Assembly: GCA_963845515.1 (NCBI GenBank)
Contig: CAWJSR010000010.1
Location: 96,001 to 160,000 of the forward strand
Origin: an uncultured delta proteobacterium
Lineage (GTDB): Bacteria; Myxococcota; Myxococcia; Myxococcales; Anaeromyxobacteraceae
Length of the DNA: 64,000 nt
Direction of reading: 5' to 3'
Shown in pieces: positions 20,022 through 29,510 of the stretch. Under the pieces are notes generated by a model, which saw only the letters and a program-made list of their open reading frames with translations, searched no databases and was not told the DNA's origin. Made by a program: the position numbers and the translations under genes. Every line of letters starts with the position of its first letter. Position 1 is the stretch's first letter.

Positions 20022-21218
20022 ATGCCCGTCCACGAACGGCCCCGGCCGATCGGGGGCCGGCTGCTCGCCCCCCCGCTGCCGCTCCTCATCGCCGTCTTCG
20101 GCGCCGCGACGCTGGTGATGGCCTACCGCTTCTTCGCCGGCGTCGGCGCCGTCTCGAACATGACCGACGGCTTCACCTGGGGGATCTGGGAGCCGATCAA
20201 CGTCGTGGTCTTCACCGGCATCGGCGCGGGGGCGCTCGCCGTCGGCCTGCTCACCTACCTGGTGAACCGCGGCGAGTATCACCTGCTCGTCCGCCCCTCG
20301 GTGCTCCTGGGCGCGATCTGCTACACGCTCGGCGGCAGCTCGATCATGGTCGCGCTGGGCCGGTACTGGAACGCGCTGCTCATCCCCGTCGTGCCGTTCT
20401 GGAACCTCCGCTCGGCCCTCCTCGAGGTCGCGGTCTGCGTCCTGCTCTACATCATGGTCCTCTGGATCGAGGTCCTGCCGTCGGTACTCGACGGCGCGGC
20501 AGAGAGCCGGTCTCCGCGCTGGTCGGCGATCGGGCGGCGGTGGGGGGCGCGGCTCGCGAAGGCGATGCCCTTCGTGGTCGCCCTCGCGATCGTGCTGCCG
20601 GTCATGCACCAGAGCTCCCTCGGCGGCCTCATGCTCATCGCAGAGACCAAGGTGCACCCGCTCTGGCATACGGCGCTCCTCCCCGCGCTCTTCCTCGTCT
20701 CCTGCATCTCGATGGGCTACGGCGCGGTGGTGGCCCTCTGCACCATCCTCGAGGTCAGCTGGCGCTCGAGGTACGACCTCGGGCTCCTCGCGAAGCTGTC
20801 GCAGGTGAACGCGGGGATCCTCTTCTTCTACGTCGCGCTCCGCACGGCCGACGTGGTCTGGAGCGGCAAGCTCCACCGGCTCGCGTTCGACGGGTTCACC
20901 GCCCTGTTCCTGCTGGAGCTGGCGCTCTTCCTCGCGCCCGCGGTCCTCTTCCTGCGCCCCTCGGTTCGGCGGAACCGGGGCAAGCTGTTCGGGGCCGCGC
21001 TGCTGGCCGTCGCGGCCGGCGCCGTCTACAGGATTGACACCTACATCACCGTCTACCGCCCGGGGCCGGGTTGGGTCTACTTCCCATCGCTCGGCGAGAT
21101 CACCGTCACGATCGGGATGGCAGCGCTCGGCATCGCGCTCTTCATCCTCATCAGCCGGCTCTTCCCCATCATCGTCGTCGAGGAGGGGACCGCGCCCCAA
21201 GCCGCCCGGCCGACGTAG
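20022..21218 (+). CDS. NrfD/HybB-like integral membrane quinone-interacting subunit
   Basis: About 10 TM; WGIW, LGRYWN, MHQSSLG, HPLWHT and YFPSLGEI motifs. Confidence 0.9.
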   Translation: MPVHERPRPIGGRLLAPPLPLLIAVFGAATLVMAYRFFAGVGAVSNMTDGFTWGIWEPINVVVFTGIGAGALAVGLLTYLVNRGEYHLLVRPSVLLGAICYTLGGSSIMVALGRYWNALLIPVVPFWNLRSALLEVAVCVLLYIMVLWIEVLPSVLDGAAESRSPRWSAIGRRWGARLAKAMPFVVALAIVLPVMHQSSLGGLMLIAETKVHPLWHTALLPALFLVSCISMGYGAVVALCTILEVSWRSRYDLGLLAKLSQVNAGILFFYVALRTADVVWSGKLHRLAFDGFTALFLLELALFLAPAVLFLRPSVRRNRGKLFGAALLAVAAGAVYRIDTYITVYRPGPGWVYFPSLGEITVTIGMAALGIALFILISRLFPIIVVEEGTAPQAARPT

Positions 21219-21231
21219 GGCGGGACCGCAG

Positions 21232-23134
21232 ATCGGGATAGGGGGTAGCCGGAAGTCCCGGCTACTCCCCTCCCACACCACCGGACGTGCGGGTCCGCAT
21301 CCGGCGGTTCGAGCGGTTGAGGTCAGCTCGCAAGCCTCGGGACTCCTGCACGGTCGTAGTAGCGCGTTGGGCAGTGCGATGTGGATGCGCCTTGCTCGCG
21401 TTCCTCCACCAGCGGCGGGCGTTGGCGGCCACCTGCGGCCGCGACGTCGGGGCTCATGCCTCGTGGCCCGCAGCTCGCGGTAGACGGTCGTGCCTCGTTT
21501 CCACTGCTTGAGTTGCACGACGCCGCAGCCGGTGACGGATCCACTCGTCGAGGTCGCTGAAGCACGCGCGGCGTCTCCGCCAGCCGGAAGTACGCCTTCC
21601 AGCCGACGAGGTAGCCCCGCAGCTCCGCGAACACCGATCGTCATGGACCTGCCCCCGTTCCGGGCGGTGATCTCCCGGACCCGCTCCTTCATCGCCTCAA
21701 GGGCCTTGCGGCGCGACGCGCCGCCTGACCTGCCGTCCCGGCGGCCACCCAGAAGCTGTAGCCGAGGAATTTGCGGTCCCACGGGCGCGCCACCGCGCTC
21801 TTCGCCTCGTTGACCCGGAGCCGGAGCCGCGCGTAGAGCCGCCGCAGCGTCTCCATCACTCGCTCGCCCGCCCGCCTCGACCGCACGTACACGTTGCAGT
21901 CGTCGGCGTAGCGCACGAAGGCGTGCCCGCGCTTCTCCAGCTCCTTGTCCACTTCGTCGAGGAGCACGTTCGCCAGGAGCGGCGAGAGCGGGCCGCCTTG
22001 CGGCGTCCCCTCGTGCCTCTCCACCACCACCCCGTTCACCATGACGCCGGCTTCGAGGTAGCGCCGAATCAGCCCCAGCATCCGCTTGTCCGCGATCCGC
22101 TTCGCCAGCCTCCCCATCAGCACGTCGTGGTTCACGCGGTCGAAGAACTTCTCGAGGTCCACGTCCACCACCACACGGCGCCCGCCCTGGATGTACCGCT
22201 GCGCCTCGCACACGGCGTCGTGCGCGCTGCGTCCAGGTCGGAAACCGTGGCTGTGCTCGGAGAAGGTCGGGTCGAACCTCGGCTGCAAGCACCTGCAGGA
22301 TGGCCTGCTGGATGAACCGGTCGAGCACCGTCGGGATCCCGAGCTCTCGGACCCCGCCGCCGCTCTTCGGGATCTCCTGCCGCTTCACCGGCTTCGGCTG
22401 GTAGGTCCCCGCGAGCAGCTGCTCCCGGATCGCCTCCCAGTGCTCGCGCCAGATACTCCGGCAGCTCCTCCACGGTCATCCCGTCGATGCCGGGACTGCC
22501 CTTGTTCTGCTTCACGCGCTTCAGCGCCGCCTTGGCGTTGCCGCGCTCGACCACCTCTTCCATCAGGCGGTCCGTTCCTGAGCGCTCGTTTCCGTTCGCC
22601 GCCGTCGGCGCTTCGCCGCTCCGCTGGCCCTCGGGGCTTCACCCCTACCCTCCAGCGGGAGCTCCAGTTGCCTGGCCTTCTGGCGCATGGCGTCTCCGAG
22701 ACTCACGGTCGTTCCGCCCTCCTGCTCGTTCGGCCCTTCGCGCCGTCGTGGCCCTCGGCTTCCGGTAGGCGGTCGCCGTCCCTGTCCGGCTTCCACGGCC
22801 GCTACTACGGCCTCTGCTGACTTCTCGCTCCGCCTCTCGGCGTCGCCCTTTCAGGCGCGAGGCGAGATCTCCCCAGGTAAGGGTTCGTGGCTTTCACCGC
22901 ACAGCCGCCGGATCTACGCCACCGACCTTTGGTCGCGAGAGCTTCGCGGTCACGTGCCCGCTCGCCCTGCTCGGCGCCGCCTCGTATCCGGTTCCTGTTC
23001 GTCGGCTCGCGGTTTCGCTCCCCGCTTCTTTCAGCGCCTCCCTCGCGGTCGGCACCTTGCGGTTCGCTCGGGGTCCCTGCGACCAGGTTCCCCAGAGGAC
23101 TTTCACCTCCAAGTCACGCCCATGCTGGGCACAC
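21232..23134 (-). mobile_element. Group II intron, class C (IIC)
   Basis: 5' end GTGTGCCCAGCATGGG at 23134; short domain V GAACCGCCGGATGCGGACCCGCACGTCCGGTGGTGTGGGAGGGG; domain VI ending CCCCTATCCCGAT at 21232; internal RT; inserted 5 nt after a stem-loop. Confidence 0.93.
21323..22706 (-). CDS. ltrA: Group II intron reverse transcriptase/maturase, no endonuclease domain, multiple frameshifts
   Basis: Fragments in several frames: NKGSPGIDG, IPKSGGGVRELGIPTVLDRFIQQA, SHGFRPGRS, DLEKFFD, GTPQGGPLSPLLAN, RYADD, FLGYSF, GWKAYF. Confidence 0.9.
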
Positions 23135-23139
23135 ACGCA

Positions 23140-23172
23140 AGGAGCCGGGGCGCGTTAGCGCTCCCGGCTCCT
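23140..23172. terminator. Stem-loop terminator, target site of the IIC intron
   Basis: AGGAGCCGGGGCGC-GTTA-GCGCTCCCGGCTCCT: 14-bp stem with one bulge, downstream of the small basic ORF. Confidence 0.8.
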
Positions 23173-23202
23173 CCGATCCGCTTCCACGTGCTGGCTGCGA
23201 CG

Positions 23203-23316
23203 CTACTTGCGCTTGCGCTTCACGGAGAGGGCGCGCTTCCGCTTCGCCGCGACGCGCTTCACCTTGCTCCGGTTCGAGTTCTTCTTCTTCGAGCGATTGC
23301 CCTTGATGGCGGCCAT
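23203..23316 (-). CDS. Unannotated 37-aa highly basic peptide
   Basis: MAAIKGNRSKKKNSNRSKVKRVAAKRKRALSVKRKRK*; strong GGAGGAGG RBS; followed by the terminator. Confidence 0.8.
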   Translation of the reverse strand: MAAIKGNRSKKKNSNRSKVKRVAAKRKRALSVKRKRK

Positions 23317-23399
23317 GTCGTTCCTCCTCCTACTGGGTTCGAAAACGGGCGCAGTCTAACCGCGATGCGCAGGAGGTCAACCCCTGCGGCCGGTGGCGC

Positions 23400-24503
23400 T
23401 CACTCCAGCCAGTCCTTCTCCTTCAGCTTCCTCGGCAGGTACTCCTCCGTGATGAAGCTGATGCCGCGGCGGGAGAGGGCCTCGAGCTCGAACTTCACGC
23501 CCGACTTCACCATCTCCTGGATCTCCTGCTGCCACTGCTTCGCCTTGAACCACGGGTAGGCGAGCATCTGCTTCGCGCGCTCGTTGTCCTTGTCGTTCAT
23601 CTTGATCGCGACGTTGGACGGGAGCTTGTAGGTGAGCTTGTCGAACGAGGAGAGGCCGATGAACCGGGCGGCGGGGACCGCCATGCGCATCGACTCGTAC
23701 GCCAGGTTGATCGAGCCCTGCTTGAGCACGGAGTAGATGTAGAAGCCCCATGGGTCGTTGTCGACGAGGACGTAGACCGGCAGCCCCAGCTCGGAGTGGA
23801 GCCGCTGGACGAGCCGGCGCACGCCGCGCGGCGGCTGCCCCTGGCCGGTGACGATGATGCACTTCTCGCGCTGCCAGTACTTGTCCTCGTTGAAGCGCTT
23901 CCAGACCGCGTCCTTCTCGACCAGGAGTACGTACTTCGCCTCGCACTTCCCGAGCTGGACGACGTGCTCCTCCACGATCGACGGGACCGACCAGCCGCCG
24001 GAGCCCATCCGGCGGAGGTCGATGGTGTCGCCGGAGTCGCGGATGGTCAGCGGCCCGACCATCGAGCCGCGCCCGGTGGCGAAGAGGTGCAGCTCCTCGC
24101 GCAGCGAGTCGATGGCGACCTCGAGGTCCTCGATGATCGGATCCGACTCCTCCTGCTCCTCGAAGGTGTTCTGCTTCGTCTCCCCGAGGGTGTGCTTCGT
24201 CATGTAGTAGAGGTCGCGGATGCTGGTCGTCTTCCCCGACTCGATCAGCTCCCTGCAGGCGTCGGACACCAGGAACGTCTGCATGAACTTCTTCGCCATG
24301 CCGACGTTGAAGAAGTAGCGCTTCTGGCGCTCGCTCCCGAGCTCGACCAGCCGCTTCTTCTCGTTGAAGCGGACGTTGGCGAGCGAGCGGATCGGGATCT
24401 CGACGAAGGGGTTCTGCCCCCCCTTCACGCTCTTCAGCACCGTCTCGGCGAGCTTCTCGATCTTCTGGATGGTCTTCTTGTCGGTCGCGTCGAGCCTGGC
24501 CAT
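23400..24503 (-). CDS. top6A: DNA topoisomerase VI subunit A (Spo11-like)
   Basis: IRDLYY catalytic Tyr motif, Toprim VEKDA, TGQGQP, DNDPWG, KFELEAL. Confidence 0.95.
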   Translation of the reverse strand: MARLDATDKKTIQKIEKLAETVLKSVKGGQNPFVEIPIRSLANVRFNEKKRLVELGSERQKRYFFNVGMAKKFMQTFLVSDACRELIESGKTTSIRDLYYMTKHTLGETKQNTFEEQEESDPIIEDLEVAIDSLREELHLFATGRGSMVGPLTIRDSGDTIDLRRMGSGGWSVPSIVEEHVVQLGKCEAKYVLLVEKDAVWKRFNEDKYWQREKCIIVTGQGQPPRGVRRLVQRLHSELGLPVYVLVDNDPWGFYIYSVLKQGSINLAYESMRMAVPAARFIGLSSFDKLTYKLPSNVAIKMNDKDNERAKQMLAYPWFKAKQWQQEIQEMVKSGVKFELEALSRRGISFITEEYLPRKLKEKDWLE

Positions 24504-24506
24504 CGG

Positions 24507-26576
24507 CTACTCCCCTTCGTCCTCGCCCCGGCGCGGGCGCTTCGTGTTCTTCTTCGACACGGCTTCGGGCGCCGCGTCCAGCTCGGCTTCGGCGAGCTCG
24601 GCCTCCGTCACCTTGTTGGCGACCCTGATGAACTCGCGGCGGATGGGGTCGGGGCTCTTGTCGGTGATCTTCCCGATCGAGGTCGCCACCTCGTGGATGT
24701 AGAGCTCGAAGATGGAGCGGCGCTGCGCCTGGTAGTCGGCGTGCTTCTTCTTGCGGATGTGGGCCGCGAGCTTGCGGCCGCACTCCTGGGCGGCGAGCTG
24801 GATCTCCTTCGTGATCTCCGGGTAGTGGGCGACGGCCTCCTTCGCCTCGCTGGTGAACGGCACCCAGACCGACGCGATGTGGACCAGGAGCGCCATCGGC
24901 CCCACCGGGAGGGAGCCCTTCGGCTGCGACAGGAGGTAGTTGCGCCAGTCGGTCTTCACGACCGCCTCCGTCATGCCGCAGGCCCCCTTCTGGAAGAGGA
25001 GCGGCACGCGGTTGGCGAAGCGGAAGAGCTCGACCGGCTTGTCGGCCGGCCAGCTGCCGCCGTAGGCGAGCCCGACCTCCACCTGGAACGGGTTGCCGCG
25101 GTAGACCTTGGGCGGGCGCGTGACGGTGGCGATGAAGTAGTTGTGCCCCTTGATCTTCTCGACCCCCTCCTCGGGGGGCGCGTCGGGCACCTCCGGCGCC
25201 GCGGCCTTCGCAGCCTTCTCCTTCTTCGACGACCTCTTCTTCGACGCGGTGTCGAGGTCGAGCTGCTCGTCCGCCTCGGGCCCCTCGGTCTCGACGACGC
25301 TCAGGAAGGAGATGAGCCCGCGCTTCATCAGCTCGTCGCCGATGGGCGACAGGCAGTGGGTCGGCGGGTTCATGATCCGCGTCTCGACGATCGCCTTGTG
25401 GAGCCGCTCGGCCAGCTCGCGATCCTCGGCGAGGTCGCGCGGCCGGACACGCCCCTTGAAGGCGGCCCGCTTCACGATCGCGTCCGCGACCGACCCGGAG
25501 ACTCGCGAGAAGGCGGACTTCAAGAAACCCTGGACGTCGTGGCTCTTCGAGTCCCCCGCCATGATCATGAGGGCGCCCAGCTCGACGCCGTGCGGGTGCG
25601 GCTTGATCTCCGTCGCCTCCTTGGGGAGCTCCTCGGTGGCCCGCGGGAAGGAGAGCGGCGCGGCCCGGGGCCGAAGGTAGTGGAGCGTGCAGTGCGGGTT
25701 GGAGAGGGCCGTGTGCTCGACGTAGCGGTTCACGTAGCGCTGGCCGGTGCGCCAGTCCGCAACGATCTCGAGCTCGACGCGGGTGCCGTGGTCCTGGTGC
25801 CAGGCGTCGAGCTGCTCGTCGCGCGTGACGACCGGGTTGTTCTTCCGCGTGTCGATCTGGATGTCGAAGTCGTGCGCCGGCTTCCCCTTGCCGACGCGCG
25901 AGGTGACGCGGATCGGCTTGCCGGTCGTGAGCTGGCCGTACATCGCCGCGGCGCTGATGCCGATCCCCTGCTGGCCGCGGGACTGCTTCAGCCGGTGGAA
26001 CTTGGAGCCGTAGAGGAGCTTCCCGAAGATCTTCGGGACCTGCGCCTTCACGATCCCGGGGCCGTTGTCCTCGATGACGACGACGAAGCGCCCCTCCCCC
26101 TTCGTCAGCTCCCCCTCGCCCTTCGCGTCGAGGCCGAGGTCGCGGACCTCGATGGTGATCTCGGGGAGGATCCCGGCCTCCTCGCAGGCGTCGAGCGAGT
26201 TGTCGACCGCCTCCTTGATGGTCGTGAGGAGCGCCTTGGAGGGGTTGTCGAAGCCGAGCAGGTGCCGGTTCTTGGTGAAGAACTCGGAGATGGAGATCTC
26301 GCGCTGCTTCGTCGCCATCTGCTCGGCCGTGGCGCGCCGCCGGGTCTTCTCGGGCGACGGCTCGACCGCGGGCTCCGGGATCAGCTCCGGCTGCCGCTGC
26401 GCGGACTCCCGCTTCGCCCTGCGCGCCGGCTTCGCGAGCGGCGCCTGGGCGCTCGCCCCCTTCCGCGCCGGGGGGAGCGCGACCAGCTCGAGCTGCGCCC
26501 CTCCCCGGGCTCCGGCCTTCGCCCCGCCCCTGGCCTTGCCCGACCTCTTCGAGAGCTCCGCTTTCCTCGCCGCCAT
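24507..26576 (-). CDS. top6B: DNA topoisomerase VI subunit B (GHKL ATPase)
   Basis: EFFTKNRHLLGF, KEAVDNSLDACE, EDNGPGI, LLYGSKF, SRGQQGIGIS, RFANRVPLL, VPFTSEAKE. Confidence 0.95.
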   Translation of the reverse strand: MAARKAELSKRSGKARGGAKAGARGGAQLELVALPPARKGASAQAPLAKPARRAKRESAQRQPELIPEPAVEPSPEKTRRRATAEQMATKQREISISEFFTKNRHLLGFDNPSKALLTTIKEAVDNSLDACEEAGILPEITIEVRDLGLDAKGEGELTKGEGRFVVVIEDNGPGIVKAQVPKIFGKLLYGSKFHRLKQSRGQQGIGISAAAMYGQLTTGKPIRVTSRVGKGKPAHDFDIQIDTRKNNPVVTRDEQLDAWHQDHGTRVELEIVADWRTGQRYVNRYVEHTALSNPHCTLHYLRPRAAPLSFPRATEELPKEATEIKPHPHGVELGALMIMAGDSKSHDVQGFLKSAFSRVSGSVADAIVKRAAFKGRVRPRDLAEDRELAERLHKAIVETRIMNPPTHCLSPIGDELMKRGLISFLSVVETEGPEADEQLDLDTASKKRSSKKEKAAKAAAPEVPDAPPEEGVEKIKGHNYFIATVTRPPKVYRGNPFQVEVGLAYGGSWPADKPVELFRFANRVPLLFQKGACGMTEAVVKTDWRNYLLSQPKGSLPVGPMALLVHIASVWVPFTSEAKEAVAHYPEITKEIQLAAQECGRKLAAHIRKKKHADYQAQRRSIFELYIHEVATSIGKITDKSPDPIRREFIRVANKVTEAELAEAELDAAPEAVSKKNTKRPRRGEDEGE

Positions 26577-26688
26577 CACGCCCATCCCCTTGCGATATCG
26601 CCCGCTTGCACTTAGCACGGCGCGGGATCGGGCGGAAGAAAGCGACCGCTCGGATTGACCTGCGCTCCCGAGTGGTTACAGGTACACC

Positions 26689-27633
26689 ATGCCCTTCGAG
26701 ACCCCCTCCGTTCCCCGCGGGATGCAGCCGGGCCGCACCGGCTCCGCCGGCTTCGGCCGCGGATACCTCAAGACCACGATGCTGATGGCCTTCCTGGTCG
26801 CCCTCCTCGCGATCGGCGGCCAGATGTACGGCGGCGCCGGCGGGATGCTCCTCTTCGGCGGCATCGGCATCGTCTTCAACTTCGTCTCATACTGGTTCTC
26901 CGACAAGATCGCCCTGATGGCGCACCGGGCGCAGCCGGTGACCCGCCAGCAGCTCCCCGAGCTCTACGAGGTAGTGGAGCGGCTCACGCGCAAGGCGGGG
27001 ATGCCCATGCCGCGCGTCTACGTCATCCCGTCGCCCACGCCGAACGCCTTCGCGACCGGGCGCAACCCCGAGCACGCAGCCGTGGCGGTCACCGAGGGGA
27101 TCCTCCGGATCCTCGACAGGCGCCAGCTCGAGGGGGTCATCGCCCACGAGCTGGCCCATGTCCGGAACCGCGACATCCTCATCGCCACCATCGCCGCGTC
27201 GGTGGCGGGGCTCGTCTCGGCCCTGGGTCACGCGATCCAGTGGGGCGCGTGGCTCGGGATGGGCCGCAGCAACGACGACGAGGGGGGCGGCGCGGGCGGC
27301 GCGATCGGCGCGCTCGTCTGGGCGCTCCTCGCGCCGATCATCGCCATGGTCGTCCAGCTCGCGGTCTCCCGCTCGCGCGAGTATGGCGCCGACGCCAGCG
27401 GCGCGGAGCTCGTCGGAGACCCGATGCCGCTCGCCGACGCCCTCCTGACCCTGGAGCACGGCAACCAGGTCCGGCCGTACGACTTCGCCGGCCCCGCGAC
27501 CGCCCATCTCTTCATCGTCAACCCGTTCCGCGGCCTCGGCGGCGCGATGCTCTCGCTCTTCTCCACCCACCCCCCGGTCGAGGAGCGCGTGCGGCGGCTC
27601 CGCGAGATGCGCGGCGGCGTCCGGGTGGGCTGA
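26689..27633 (+). CDS. htpX: HtpX zinc metalloprotease (M48)
   Basis: PNAFATGRNP, HELAH, SRSREYGAD, FSTHPPVEER. Confidence 0.95.
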   Translation: MPFETPSVPRGMQPGRTGSAGFGRGYLKTTMLMAFLVALLAIGGQMYGGAGGMLLFGGIGIVFNFVSYWFSDKIALMAHRAQPVTRQQLPELYEVVERLTRKAGMPMPRVYVIPSPTPNAFATGRNPEHAAVAVTEGILRILDRRQLEGVIAHELAHVRNRDILIATIAASVAGLVSALGHAIQWGAWLGMGRSNDDEGGGAGGAIGALVWALLAPIIAMVVQLAVSRSREYGADASGAELVGDPMPLADALLTLEHGNQVRPYDFAGPATAHLFIVNPFRGLGGAMLSLFSTHPPVEERVRRLREMRGGVRVG

Positions 27634-27676
27634 GTCGGGGGATCCGCGGGGGCGTGCCGCGGTACACTCGCCGGGC

Positions 27677-28225
27677 ATGCTCGAGATCCAGACCGTCGCG
27701 ATCCTCGGTGCGGCCGCGACGCGGTCCGGGTCGCCCTGCTCTCCTCGCTCGCCGGACTGGACGTCCGGCTCGCAGACGAGGAGCCCGATGCGCTGGACGC
27801 CGCGTTCCGCGAGCTGCGCCACGAGGTGGAGGAGGCGCTGGCCGACGGGCGGATCGGGCGCGACGACCGGCAGCGGATCCTCGACGGCATCCTCGTCACG
27901 CCCGGTCCTCGACGAGGCGGTGGTCGGCGCGGACCTGGTCTTCGCCGCCGGGGCGATCGGACGCCGCGGCAGCGCGCCGGCGCTCCTGCTGCGTCGGCGC
28001 TCGCTACCGGGCCACGACGCTCCTCGCGGCGGCGCTCGATCCGTCGGCGATCGCGACGGGGACTGCCGCAGCCCGGGCGCGTCGTCTGCGCTCTCGCTGG
28101 ACGAGCGACGGGGCGCTCCCTACGCACCGTCGGGGCAGCGGACCGCGGACCACCGCGCACGCCCGCGCGCGCGGCGAGTCCGGTTCGCCGAGCGGATCGG
28201 CGGGCGGCGGGTGAGCCCCGGTGAG
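27677..28225 (+). CDS. 3-hydroxyacyl-CoA dehydrogenase NAD-binding-domain-like protein, heavily frameshifted (end approximate)
   Basis: MLEIQTVAILGA Rossmann start; ALADGRIGRDDRQRIL and LDEAVVGADLV in other frames. Confidence 0.5.
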
Positions 28226-28273
28226 GACACGACCCTCCCACCGCGCTGCGGCCGGGGAGGGTCCGCGCGGGGG

Positions 28274-28666
28274 CTACACCTCGGTGTAGACCGCGACGGA
28301 GCCGTCGCTCTCCCAGACCTCGACCTTCGAGATGCGGACGCGGCTGCCTTCGCGCGCCACGACCAGCCGGTTCACCTCGACGTAGAAGTGCTGGGCGATG
28401 TTCTCGGCGGTCGTGTTCAGCTGGTCGAACGGCGGGATCTCGTTGATCACCTGGTGATCGAACTTGCCGCCGACCTCGCCGACCAGCTTCTGGAGATCGG
28501 CGAAGTCCAGCACCATCCCGATCTTGTTCAGCTCCGACGCCGTCGCGTGGACGCGGACGCGCCAGTTGTGACCGTGGAGCCGCTCGCACTTCCCGCCGTG
28601 GAAGCGGATCTGGTGGGCGGCGCTGAAGAGGAAGTCGCGGGAGATCTCGAAGACGGGCGCGGCCAT
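28274..28666 (-). CDS. queD: 6-carboxy-5,6,7,8-tetrahydropterin synthase
   Basis: FSAAH, CERLHGHNW, GMVLDF, DHQVIN, TTAENIA, EVWES. Confidence 0.93.
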   Translation of the reverse strand: MAAPVFEISRDFLFSAAHQIRFHGGKCERLHGHNWRVRVHATASELNKIGMVLDFADLQKLVGEVGGKFDHQVINEIPPFDQLNTTAENIAQHFYVEVNRLVVAREGSRVRISKVEVWESDGSVAVYTEV

Positions 28667-28796
28667 GCGCGGCGCACCATAGCAGCCGCGCTGCCCGCGC
28701 GCACCCCTCCCCCGTTTTCGCGTTGCGCCGCTGACCCTTTCGAACGTAAACCGGCTCTCACGGCGGCCAGCGCCGTCCACGCCCCGGAGAGCCCGC

Positions 28797-29501
28797 ATGC
28801 CCGCCAAGCGCCGCACCGCCGCCACGAAGAAGCGCACGCCCCCCAGGGCACCGGCGAAGCGCCCGGCCGCCGCGCGCCCCGGCAAGAAGAAGCCCTACGG
28901 CGCGAAGCGCGACCGGCACGGGAACCCGACCGACTTCGCCGCCTACCTGGCCCGGCTCGACGACCCGGGGCGCGCGAAGTGGCAGCTCCCGGATCGCGTC
29001 GTCACCGCGCTCCGGCTGAAGAAGGGGGGACGCGCCGCCGAGATCGGCGCCGGCACCGGGCAGTTCACCATCCGGATGGCGAAGAAGGTCGGAGACGACG
29101 GGCGCGTCTACGCCATCGACGTGGAGCCCAGGATGCTCGACGTCCTCGCCGAGCGGGCCGCAGCAGCGAGGGCCTACGGGATCTTCGGCCTGCTCGCGCC
29201 CGATGGCGCCGGCCTGCCGCCCGAGCCGGTGGACGTGGTCCTGATGGCCAACGTCCTCCACCACGTCAGCGACCGGGCCGACTACCTCCGCGCGCTCGGC
29301 GCGCAGCTCGCGCCGGGAGGCCGGATCGCGATCGTCGACTTCCACGACCGCGAGCTGCCGATCGGCCCCCCGCGCGACCACAGGCTCTCGAGGGCCGACG
29401 CCGTCGCCGCGGTGAAGGCGGCCGGCCTCCGCGTGCTGCGTGAGGAGAAGTTCCTCCCGCACCAGTACTTCCTGATCGTGGGTGGCCCGGCGAGGCGCTG
29501 A
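28797..29501 (+). CDS. Class I SAM-dependent methyltransferase
   Basis: WQLPDRVV, AEIGAGTG, VYAIDVEPRML, HQYFL; basic N-terminal extension. Confidence 0.85.
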   Translation: MPAKRRTAATKKRTPPRAPAKRPAAARPGKKKPYGAKRDRHGNPTDFAAYLARLDDPGRAKWQLPDRVVTALRLKKGGRAAEIGAGTGQFTIRMAKKVGDDGRVYAIDVEPRMLDVLAERAAAARAYGIFGLLAPDGAGLPPEPVDVVLMANVLHHVSDRADYLRALGAQLAPGGRIAIVDFHDRELPIGPPRDHRLSRADAVAAVKAAGLRVLREEKFLPHQYFLIVGGPARR

Positions 29502-29510
29502 CCCGCCGCG

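Noticed and set aside
21323..22706. Reverse transcriptase as a retron, DGR or defence RT
   Set aside because: It is flanked by clear group II intron 5' end and domain V/VI sequences and has maturase-type motifs; no template/variable repeat pair or msr-msd was seen.
23796..26615. Very long ORFs antisense to real genes (e.g. 939 aa here, 1134 aa at 53324-56728, 702 aa at 2473-4581)
   Set aside because: Shadow ORFs caused by high GC and strong codon bias; no recognisable motifs, and the opposite strand encodes clear proteins.
28274..28666. queD as a sign of a 7-deazaguanine DNA-modification (dpd) system
   Set aside because: No dpdA/tgt-like, folE, queC or queE genes nearby; consistent with ordinary queuosine or pterin metabolism.
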